The position numbers and the translations under genes were made by a program. The notes under the pieces are model-generated. The model saw nothing but the letters and a program-made list of their open reading frames with translations. It did not search any database and had not been told where the DNA came from. Positions 8,534 to 16,622 of a DNA stretch of 19,720 nt are shown here, in pieces (positions within the stretch are counted from its first letter, which is position 1; the number at the start of each line of letters is the position of its first letter). The stretch is from Promethearchaeota archaeon (GTDB taxonomy: Archaea > Asgardarchaeota > Lokiarchaeia > Sigyniarchaeales > SOKP01), in the NCBI GenBank assembly GCA_019058015.1, contig JAHLWH010000244.1, forward strand, positions 1 to 19,720. The letters run 5' to 3'.

Positions 8534-9907
8534 TTAAATTTGATATTGAGGATCTCTAACAACACATCCTGCATTTTTTTCGAGTTTCATTAACTCTGAA
8601 CATTTCGAACAGGTTATACATACTTCATTTTTGTCGATAATTCCATCTTGAAAAATTTGCCGGGGGAAATTTGGATTAGCAAACGCCATTCTTCCAAATC
8701 CACAAATATCAACCTTTTTTTCATGAATTAGACCTGCTGCAATATATCCCGCATATTGACGTAAATAAGAATAGCCAGATCCGATAACAACCATATCTTC
8801 TGGCAACTGTTGCTTTATTAGAGATACTAATTTAATTATTCTATTCACACTATATAAGGGATGTTCCGATGCCAAATTTCCTCCTTTTACTGGGGTATCA
8901 TAAGGTCTCGTGATATGAGGTTTATAATGTGGGTTTCCTGCTGAGATATTGATTAATCTTAGACGTAAATTATATAATTTTTTGATTAATTCTAATGGTT
9001 CTAAGAGATCAATTGATGCAGGAAAATTTTCATTTTTTTCCGATTTAACACCAAATCCATTAGGATAAGGAATACCATTATATACTCCAAGACGAGTTGT
9101 CATTAAAAAATTAGTTTTATCAGTTAATTCTTTCTTCAATCTCTTAAAAATATTAAGTAAAAGTCTTGTTCGATTTTCTAAAGATTGCCCACCATATTTC
9201 GAATTTTTCCTCACTCTCGAACATAATAATTCGCTAATTAAATAACCATGACAAGATTTTATATCGACTCCATCAAAACCTATTTCGCTTGCCAAAATTG
9301 CTTTTTCAACCCATAAATCTTCTATCATTTCTAATTCTATGTCCGAAATAATTGAGCCCTCTTTCTTAGAAACGTTAATTGCATTATCTAATTCTGAGTT
9401 GTGATAAGTTCTTATCGGATATTTTTTACCTTCTCTTCTAGAATATCTTCCCGAATGATTTAATTGTAAAATTAAAAAACACTGACCTTCAAGGCCCAAA
9501 TTTTTAAGTGTTTGATTACATCGTTCTCTGGTTATCGAGACTAGGCTCCTAAATTGTTTTGAATTATTCTCAGATAAAACTAATTGATGCTGATTTGAAC
9601 GACAATTATCTGAAATTGCAGTTGCTTCAAACCAAATCAAGCCTGCACCTCCTTTGGCATAACGCTTATATCTTCTAAAAGTTAATTCACTTGGAGCTCC
9701 ATCTATATTTGAGTCGAATCCTTCCATTGGTTGGATAGCTAACCGATTAGGAATGAATTTATTCTCAATTTTTACCCTCTCTTTTAAAATTTCAACCTTA
9801 GAATATATTGGAATATCTAATCTTAATTCCTTTATCTTTTTTTTCAAATCGCTAAGTGATCTATATGTAAATGGTTCAAATTTTTTATATGATGAAGTTA
9901 TTTTCAT
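8534..9907 (-). CDS. NADH:flavin oxidoreductase (Old Yellow Enzyme family) with a C-terminal CxxCxxCx11C motif
   Basis: NRLAIQPMEG, AKGGAGLIWFEA, LQLNHSGR, GFDGVDIKSCHGYL, YGGQSLENRTR, GFGRMAFANP and CITCSKCSELMKLEKNAGC. ATG 9907 (MKITSS) is preferred over 9952, whose extension is low-complexity intergenic sequence. Confidence 0.9.
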   Translation of the reverse strand: MKITSSYKKFEPFTYRSLSDLKKKIKELRLDIPIYSKVEILKERVKIENKFIPNRLAIQPMEGFDSNIDGAPSELTFRRYKRYAKGGAGLIWFEATAISDNCRSNQHQLVLSENNSKQFRSLVSITRERCNQTLKNLGLEGQCFLILQLNHSGRYSRREGKKYPIRTYHNSELDNAINVSKKEGSIISDIELEMIEDLWVEKAILASEIGFDGVDIKSCHGYLISELLCSRVRKNSKYGGQSLENRTRLLLNIFKRLKKELTDKTNFLMTTRLGVYNGIPYPNGFGVKSEKNENFPASIDLLEPLELIKKLYNLRLRLINISAGNPHYKPHITRPYDTPVKGGNLASEHPLYSVNRIIKLVSLIKQQLPEDMVVIGSGYSYLRQYAGYIAAGLIHEKKVDICGFGRMAFANPNFPRQIFQDGIIDKNEVCITCSKCSELMKLEKNAGCVVRDPQYQI

Positions 9908-9963
9908 TATGAACAATATTATTATAAAATAAATAAAAAAAGAACGTTTCATTTTTTCTAACG

Positions 9964-10596
9964 ATGATTAAAAAAAAAATAATTTTGTATCAAGGCGGAA
10001 GATATTTCTATAGAAATAAAACATATAATTACTTTAAGAATATCTTAAGCGATTATGTTGTAGATATGTATGAAAATGTTTTAATATTTGGTAAAAAAGA
10101 ATTTTTTGACTACGACACAGCCATTTTTTTTAGTCAATTTGGCGAATTGACTGATAAACAAGAAAAAAATATTCTAGGTTTTATCAGCAGCGGTAAAGGT
10201 CTAATTGGGCTTCATGGTGCTTCTGCTTCTTTTAAGACTCATCCAAAATATCATGAAATGCTTGGTGGACGATTTATCAGTCATAAAAGGTTTAGAGAGT
10301 TCGATGTTAAAATTCTGGATAAAAACCATCCCATAACTCAGGGGTTAGAAGATTTTAGAATTAAAGATGAGCCTTATCGACATGATTTTTCCATGGGTAG
10401 AGATATATATATTTTAGCAGAAGGGAATTATTATGATAAAAACGATCCAAAGCCTGAACCTATTATATGGATAAAAACCTACGGAAAAGGAAGAATCTTT
10501 TTTTGTGCGTTAGGGCATAAGGCAAAATCCTTGAAAAATGAGAATTATCAAATAATAATAAAAAGAGCCGTGAAATGGGTATTAGAGGGTCAATAA
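9964..10596 (+). CDS. ThuA-like (trehalose utilisation; class I GATase-like fold) domain protein
   Basis: GKGLIGLHGAS, MLGGRFISH, NHPITQGLEDF..DEPY and YGKGRIFFCALGH are characteristic ThuA-domain motifs. Confidence 0.88.
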   Translation: MIKKKIILYQGGRYFYRNKTYNYFKNILSDYVVDMYENVLIFGKKEFFDYDTAIFFSQFGELTDKQEKNILGFISSGKGLIGLHGASASFKTHPKYHEMLGGRFISHKRFREFDVKILDKNHPITQGLEDFRIKDEPYRHDFSMGRDIYILAEGNYYDKNDPKPEPIIWIKTYGKGRIFFCALGHKAKSLKNENYQIIIKRAVKWVLEGQ

Positions 10597-10611
10597 AATG
10601 GGTGGTTTATT

Positions 10612-11637
10612 ATAGGAAATGATGATTTTATAAAAGTAGGAGTTATTGGATGCGGTTCTATTTCTGGATTTTATAAATTTATATCTAGAATAGTTAAAAA
10701 TACAAAAATTGAAGCTGCCATGGATTTAGATTTGAAAAGGGCCATTAAAATTGGAGGAAAAAAACATGCTTATACGGATATTCAAAAAATGTATGATAAT
10801 GAAGATTTCAATGTTGTCTATATTGCTACACCACATTATCTTCACAAACCTATGATTAAGCAAGCCTTCGAAGAGGGTAAACACGTATTATGTGAAAAAC
10901 CGGTTTCTATATCAATTGAAGATGCTCGTGAAATAAATCAGTTGGATAGAAAATTTGGTTTTCTAAAACTTGGATTTAATTATAATTATCGATACGACCA
11001 TAATTGCTTTTACTTAGCTTCAGGTATCCAAAATAGTCATTTAGGTAAAATTTATTACGCAAATTGCAGTATATATTTTAGTCGTGAGATGGATTATTTT
11101 AATAGGGCTATTTGGAGAACTAAAAAGGAAACCGCTGGAGGTGGTACCTTATTAATCCATGGCTCGCACATTGTAGATACAATGTTATGGGCATTAGGTG
11201 AACCAATCTCTGTTATGGGGAAAATAGATACCCTAAAATTTAAAAATATTGAAGTAGAAGATTTGGCATTAGGAATTGTTGAGTTTCAAAGCGGTGCTTA
11301 TGCCCAAATTAATGATGCCTCTTTCATTAAACCTGCTTTGTCTATATTTAAAGAAAAAGTAGAGTTGCAAATTTTCGGAGAAAAAGGATATTGTCATTAT
11401 AAAGGACCTTGGCCTATTTCTTCCCTAAAATGGAAAGGTGTGAAGAATTTTAAAATTAAAAAAAATACTAAAGGATTCTCCCATTTTGGAAGATCTATTA
11501 AGGCATTCGGAAATTGGGTTTTATACGATAAACCATTTTTTAATACGGTAGAAGAAAGCTCTAAAGTATTAAGTTTGATTTCCGCGTTATATAAATCCTC
11601 TGATACCGGCAAAAAAGAAAAAGTTGAAAAGTTATAA
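10612..11637 (+). CDS. Gfo/Idh/MocA-family NAD(P)-dependent oxidoreductase (ThuB-like); true start lies upstream of the track ATG at 10720
   Basis: VYIATPHYLH, GKHVLCEKP and GGGTLLIHGSH.VD. The Rossmann motif IKVGVIGCGSIS is encoded in frame at 10630-10665, upstream of ATG 10720. The start coordinate (ATA 10612 after GGGTGG) is inferred. Confidence 0.88.
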   Translation: MGNDDFIKVGVIGCGSISGFYKFISRIVKNTKIEAAMDLDLKRAIKIGGKKHAYTDIQKMYDNEDFNVVYIATPHYLHKPMIKQAFEEGKHVLCEKPVSISIEDAREINQLDRKFGFLKLGFNYNYRYDHNCFYLASGIQNSHLGKIYYANCSIYFSREMDYFNRAIWRTKKETAGGGTLLIHGSHIVDTMLWALGEPISVMGKIDTLKFKNIEVEDLALGIVEFQSGAYAQINDASFIKPALSIFKEKVELQIFGEKGYCHYKGPWPISSLKWKGVKNFKIKKNTKGFSHFGRSIKAFGNWVLYDKPFFNTVEESSKVLSLISALYKSSDTGKKEKVEKL

Positions 11638-11729
11638 AATACAAAATTTAAATTGGTTTAATATAAAGACATAAATAATTTCGTATGCTTTAAGATTTTT
11701 CCCCCATATCACCTGGATATTATACCCTA

Positions 11730-11875
11730 ACATGAAGTCATCTTTGTTGATGTACGCCATATCATCTTTTCTCAGCCATTTCTCACCGGTGTTAGTGACG
11801 GTCCAAAATGCCCTCTCAGTAGCTTCAGGGCTCTTCCAATAGCCTTTCATAACTTGAGGGCCCTTAATAACAATT
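11730..11875 (-). pseudogene. Short remnant of a long-chain fatty-acid--CoA ligase (AMP-binding enzyme)
   Basis: IVIKGPQVMKGYWKSPEATERAF...EKWLRKDDMAYINKDDF matches 'GE...GPQVMKGYW..PEAT...WL.TGD.A..DEDG' with TGD decayed to KDD. Only ~50 of the expected >500 codons remain. Confidence 0.8.
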
Positions 11876-11976
11876 CTTAGTCCAGCAATTTCAGCTAAGA
11901 GAAAAAATAAATTAAATAAATAATTTTTGCAAAAATTTGGTTCTAGTATTTGAAATTCTTTATATTAAAAGTGATA

Positions 11977-14010
11977 CTAATCAAAAACTTCCTTTTTCAG
12001 AAATTTTTTCCATGTATTTTCAAAACATCCATATTTGGAAGGAATATCTCTTACAGCATCCCATTCGATGATTATTCTACCATTTTTCAGCTGAATAGTT
12101 TGGATTTTATTTGATAAATTTAAATTATTATAAATAAATTTATATTCTTTAAGATTATCTGGAGGTATAATATATTTTTCGGATAACGAATCATTTAACT
12201 TATTTCTTAATACTAAGTAAGAGCCCCTACTACTTCCAAATGAGAGATGGTAATTTAATATTGCTTTTAAGAAGAATAACTGAGTAAGAAGTGCATCTTT
12301 TACTCGTAAGTATTCAATAATTTCAGTATTAAATTTTAGTGTTATTAATTTATTAATTTTATTTAATTGATCTTGAATTGCTAAAATTTCGGCTTCGAGA
12401 CCTTTTAATGGACGAATAATTCCACCATATTTTGACATCCTATATTGTATCTGGTCTAATAGTTTATTTGTTGTTAAGGATTTTTCACTATCAGAAGGAG
12501 AATTTTCCAATACAATAGCGAATTCATGTATTAAATTAACAATTTCATTTTTGACTTTATTTTGAAAATTCTTATGATTTATTAATTGATAACTATTATA
12601 TAAATGCGCTATTTTTTGTGATGCTCTTAATCCACCTACTTGTCCTGCATTTAATGCAGCCCCACCAGGTCTTTGAATTCCGTGGTTCCCATTAATTTCT
12701 CCAATCGCAAAAAGATTTTTTACTGTAGTAGCTTCCCACCATCCATTACATGATACCCCACCATTAAGGTGTTGATTACATACAGCTATTTCAAGTAGTT
12801 CTGAACTAAGATCAATATTATGTTTTTTATAAATCAAAATTGCTTGTTTATTCAATTTCCTAAGACGTTTGATTGGCGTATCTCCTAATGCTTTAGAATT
12901 AATTAAATAATCTTTTGCTACTTGATGTAATTTGTTAAAGTTAAAATTTTTAGGATTTTTTGTGTAATCTAAAAAAACTCGTCTGTTAAATACTTCTAAT
13001 TCATGATAGACAGCTAGATCAATTAATGAAGAACCATAATTTTCAATTTTTGTTGCATTAAATGGCCATTGATAGCCTTTTAAGAATATGGCTTTTGAAA
13101 GTTCTTTAAAAGATGGAAAAATATCATAAAGAAATTCTATTTCATTTTCAGATTCATCAACAGAAAAATATCGGGGAATTACTTGTTGATATGACCCAGA
13201 AACATTCCATCGAAACTTAATTGATGCTAATCCAAATTGTGATTCTGTTAAATTTTGAAGTTTACATCCCGCTTTAATAGCTAAACTTGTTGTTCCTTTT
13301 TGTGATTTTGGGTAAACTGAATTTTTATACAAAACTGCGGGTCCACCAATAGCTAATATTAAATTTTTTACTTTAAAAACTGCTAAGGAATCAAGCAAAT
13401 TTTCTATATTTTTTTCTTTAGATAAATCATCAATCTTAATACATATTAAACCGACTATTTTAGGTTTTTCAGTCGTATCATCAACGATAATTTTTAACGC
13501 ATAATACTTGTCAAATATTTTTATATTTTTTTCTTCAATAGCTTTTAAAAGGCACTTCCCCATTTCTTGAGAAGTTAAAGGCCCTATTGATGTAGCTCTT
13601 TGTCGTGGATCATTATCTGTTTTATATCCTACAAAACCACCATATTTATCATGAGGGAAAGGAACCCCTAATTGAACTAAATGAAAGAATTCTCTTATTG
13701 AATTTGTTGCTTCGATTAAAGCTATATCACCATGCATTGCTCCCCCTCTATAGAGATCTTTAGCCAATTCATAAGGAGAATCAGATTGATCTCCATAAAT
13801 AGACATCTTATAATAAGTTTGTTTATCAGAGCCTGCATTAAAGGAAGTCCCACCACCTAAGTTTTCTGTAACGATTGCTACTTTATCTGATGGGATACCC
13901 TCCATTATTAAATGGAGTGCACAATTTAAACCAGCTGCTCCAGAACCTATAATAATAGAATTAAACTCTTGAATATTTAATTTGTTAAGATTAGGTTTGA
14001 TTTTTTTCAT
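11977..14010 (-). CDS. FAD-dependent oxidoreductase, SdhA/FrdA/NadB-like flavoprotein family (FAD_binding_2)
   Basis: IIIGSGAAGLNCA, LILAIGG, NQHLNGG, LFAIGEINGNHGIQRPGGAALNAGQVGG and C-terminal SRGS. GAGGT RBS at 14016-14020 favours ATG 14010 over 14022. Confidence 0.88.
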   Translation of the reverse strand: MKKIKPNLNKLNIQEFNSIIIGSGAAGLNCALHLIMEGIPSDKVAIVTENLGGGTSFNAGSDKQTYYKMSIYGDQSDSPYELAKDLYRGGAMHGDIALIEATNSIREFFHLVQLGVPFPHDKYGGFVGYKTDNDPRQRATSIGPLTSQEMGKCLLKAIEEKNIKIFDKYYALKIIVDDTTEKPKIVGLICIKIDDLSKEKNIENLLDSLAVFKVKNLILAIGGPAVLYKNSVYPKSQKGTTSLAIKAGCKLQNLTESQFGLASIKFRWNVSGSYQQVIPRYFSVDESENEIEFLYDIFPSFKELSKAIFLKGYQWPFNATKIENYGSSLIDLAVYHELEVFNRRVFLDYTKNPKNFNFNKLHQVAKDYLINSKALGDTPIKRLRKLNKQAILIYKKHNIDLSSELLEIAVCNQHLNGGVSCNGWWEATTVKNLFAIGEINGNHGIQRPGGAALNAGQVGGLRASQKIAHLYNSYQLINHKNFQNKVKNEIVNLIHEFAIVLENSPSDSEKSLTTNKLLDQIQYRMSKYGGIIRPLKGLEAEILAIQDQLNKINKLITLKFNTEIIEYLRVKDALLTQLFFLKAILNYHLSFGSSRGSYLVLRNKLNDSLSEKYIIPPDNLKEYKFIYNNLNLSNKIQTIQLKNGRIIIEWDAVRDIPSKYGCFENTWKKFLKKEVFD

Positions 14011-14025
14011 ATTTAACCTCATATT

Positions 14026-14826
14026 TTACAATTCATGTAAATGGAAGCCACCATCAATGCGAATCGCTTCTCCAGTTGAATAAGGTACACCTCCATTAAC
14101 AATAGAAATTACAATCTTGGCAATATCAGTCGGTAAGCCCCAACGCTTTATTGGTATTAACCCTTTTTCAATCAGATCCTCATATTTTTCTTTAAATGGC
14201 TCAGTCATGGGTGTTAGAATTATCCCTGGCTGTATCTCAAATACAGGAATATTATATTCAGAAAGACGAGTGGCATAGAGTTTCGTCATCATAGATATAC
14301 CTGCCTTAGAAATACAATATTCACCTCTATTTGGGGATGGTATGAAGCTTGAAATGGATGAGATATTTATTATGTATGGTTGATAATCTTCTTTTAATAT
14401 TTTCTTAAGGGTTATCATCCAATTTGCAATTGATTGAGTTAGAAAATAAGGACCTTGAAGATTAATTTTTATTAATCTTTCAAAAGATTCTTCTTTAGCT
14501 TCTAAAAGATCTTTCCTTTCTAGTGGGGCTACTCCAGCATTATTGACCAAAACGTCAATCTTATTGAATTTTTCTTTAAGTTTGTTAACAAGCTTTTCTC
14601 GACTTCTTTTATTGCTTATATCAGCTTGAACATAGATGAAATTATCTTCAGATTCCTTTTTATAGATTTTTGATAAACTCTCAATATAATCTTTAGATAA
14701 TTCTTCCGTTGATGCTCCATTAATAACAAGATTGAACCCTATTTTAGCCAATTCTAATGCAATAGCTTTTCCTATGCCATGGGTACTCCCAGTAACTAAA
14801 GCAACTTTTATTTTATTTGTTTTCAT
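14026..14826 (-). CDS. Short-chain dehydrogenase/reductase (PRK12745-like subgroup, likely a sugar/ketoglycoside dehydrogenase)
   Basis: TGSTHGIG, VLVNNAGV, NISSIS, catalytic YCISK in SPNRGEYCISKAG, PGII.T.MT and IDGG. Its stop lies ~16 bp upstream of the FAD protein start, implying co-transcription. Confidence 0.92.
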   Translation of the reverse strand: MKTNKIKVALVTGSTHGIGKAIALELAKIGFNLVINGASTEELSKDYIESLSKIYKKESEDNFIYVQADISNKRSREKLVNKLKEKFNKIDVLVNNAGVAPLERKDLLEAKEESFERLIKINLQGPYFLTQSIANWMITLKKILKEDYQPYIINISSISSFIPSPNRGEYCISKAGISMMTKLYATRLSEYNIPVFEIQPGIILTPMTEPFKEKYEDLIEKGLIPIKRWGLPTDIAKIVISIVNGGVPYSTGEAIRIDGGFHLHEL

Positions 14827-14900
14827 AAAATACTAATTATTTGATTTTATCAATATTATTAAGTTAAGCTAGAACTCATTTAATATATTTTTTTCATTTT

Positions 14901-15721
14901 ATAAAAGACGAGTTCGTTCCTGAACCCAAAAAAATTCCCGAACGAGTTAAAAAAGAATTAACGTTTGATTTAGAAGATATTTTCTGTCCCTTTTGTGGAC
15001 ACCCGCTTGAGTATCATTACTTGAGCAATGCAAGACCGCTCATCACGATAAAATACGACATTTCTTTAAGGGTGGTACATAAAAGATGCGTTAATGAGGA
15101 GTGCATTGCGTGTATATCCAATAGAAATTTTTATACCCCTTCCTTGGACCTGTATGTGCTACCTAAAAAGACATACGCCACGGACGTCGTGCTTTTAATC
15201 GGACACTTGATTCAACAAGAACATTACACGGAAGAAGAAGTGGTCAAATACTTGTTAGAAGAGCACGGAATTACCATCAGCCAACCGAGCGTAAACAATT
15301 ATAAACGAATAGCCTTGGCATTAGGAGAGGCTCTCATCATGGGGAACGAGGAAAAGATTAAGAGCGGGTTGGACGGATTACCTGTTCGGGTGTATTCAAT
15401 TGACTGTCTTAGCTCAAATAAGAGCAAGACTCTATTTGTGATTCGAGAGTTGATTAGCGGGACTGTTTTAAGGTCGGAGCTTCTTGACAAGCACGATGCC
15501 GACATCATTCACGATTTCATGGAAGCCATGTTTCAAAAATTTGGAGAACACGATTACATGGTGGGTGATGGCGAGCGCGAGCTTATTGGTGCCACGCGCA
15601 AGTATTATAGCCATATCCCGTTTCAATACTGCCATCTCCACTTTTTAGATAACATAGGAAAAGCGCTAATGGAAGACCTTTATAAATCGTTTAAAAAAAA
15701 ATAAACCGAAAATCACACTAA
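14901..15721 (+). pseudogene. Truncated DDE transposase (IS256/ISH6/MULE-like or ISNCY) remnant
   Basis: Frame is open upstream of TTG 15021: (ATA 14901) IKDEFVPEPKKIPERVKKELTFDLEDIFCPFCGH...KRCVNEECIAC (Zn finger). Then ISQPSVNNY (HTH-like), YSIDCL, MVGDGE and FQYCHLHFL (MULE-type CxxH). Ends at an A9 run (15693-15701); the C-terminal catalytic-Glu region is missing. Visibly more GC-rich than its flanks. Confidence 0.8.
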
Positions 15722-15738
15722 AAAATATTTATTTGAAT

Positions 15739-16605
15739 TTATATACTCGCAAAGAAATATGCTATGATTATACAGAGCATTCCACTTCTCAGTAGAATAA
15801 ATACTCTCCCTTTATATTCCTCTTCAAAGTTATATAAGTAGTTCAAAATAGCTGCAATGCCGATTAGTATTGCTCCGATTATCATTGGGATTAGATAGAG
15901 AAAAGAGTTATAGATTCCTGTAATAAATGGAATTACTAAGAACAGAATTGTTAGAACTTGTAGTAATAATACAATATGCTGAGCTTTTTTAATAGTAACA
16001 ATTTCTGCAAAAAGTTTATATTCTTCAGTATTAGTTCTTTTTTCTGCAGTCTTCTTACAACTTTTTAATATATCCTTCGAAAACTGAAGCGTGAAAACTC
16101 CCATAAAAAAGAAGTACACATATATCGGGACTGAAACATTATTTAATATCGCACCGTAGATTAATCCAAAAGAAACTAAAAAGCCTATAATGACATTAAT
16201 CAAAATGCTTTTCTCTTCCCATTGATTTCCATATAGAAAAGAGAATCCCCAGAACACGCCGATTATTCCCAGAATTATTAATACAAATATATTCCGATCA
16301 AAATAGAATACATAAACCGCTGAAATTCCATACGCAACTAAAAATATGACTATTGATATGATCTTTATAACTTTATTCTTATTAAGTTTTCTCTCAGTAC
16401 TCTCTTGCGGTGATTTTAGAAACAGCACAAGCAATATGCCTGAAACAATCACCAGAAAATATAGAGTAGGACCGAGAATGAGATTATCAATGAACCAATT
16501 ATATCCTACATCAAATCTACTGTTTAGTACACCAATAATCAGAAAAATTGTTCCTTTAAACCAATTTATTAATTGATATTTTCCAACAAACGTTTTTATC
16601 TTCAT
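15739..16605 (-). CDS. UbiA-family prenyltransferase-like membrane protein (DGGGP-synthase-like), Asp-rich motifs degenerate
   Basis: About 9 TM segments, and length and layout match archaeal DGGGP synthase (MKIK..., FLYGNQW...LINVIIGFLVSFGLIYGA, QFSKDILKSC....E.YKLFA). The canonical NDxxDxxxD and KDxxDxxGD motifs are not retained. AGGTGA RBS at 16612-16617. Confidence 0.65.
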   Translation of the reverse strand: MKIKTFVGKYQLINWFKGTIFLIIGVLNSRFDVGYNWFIDNLILGPTLYFLVIVSGILLVLFLKSPQESTERKLNKNKVIKIISIVIFLVAYGISAVYVFYFDRNIFVLIILGIIGVFWGFSFLYGNQWEEKSILINVIIGFLVSFGLIYGAILNNVSVPIYVYFFFMGVFTLQFSKDILKSCKKTAEKRTNTEEYKLFAEIVTIKKAQHIVLLLQVLTILFLVIPFITGIYNSFLYLIPMIIGAILIGIAAILNYLYNFEEEYKGRVFILLRSGMLCIIIAYFFASI

Positions 16606-16622
16606 ATTTTCTCACCTTGTGT

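Noticed and set aside
11977-14826. Assignment as sdhA/nadB and fabG
   Set aside because: There is no covalent-FAD His, no sdhBCD, nadAC or fatty-acid synthesis context, and only family-level similarity.
304-15721. Composite transposon carrying the sugar cluster
   Set aside because: The flanking elements are dissimilar, one is truncated, and no shared TIRs or target duplication were found.
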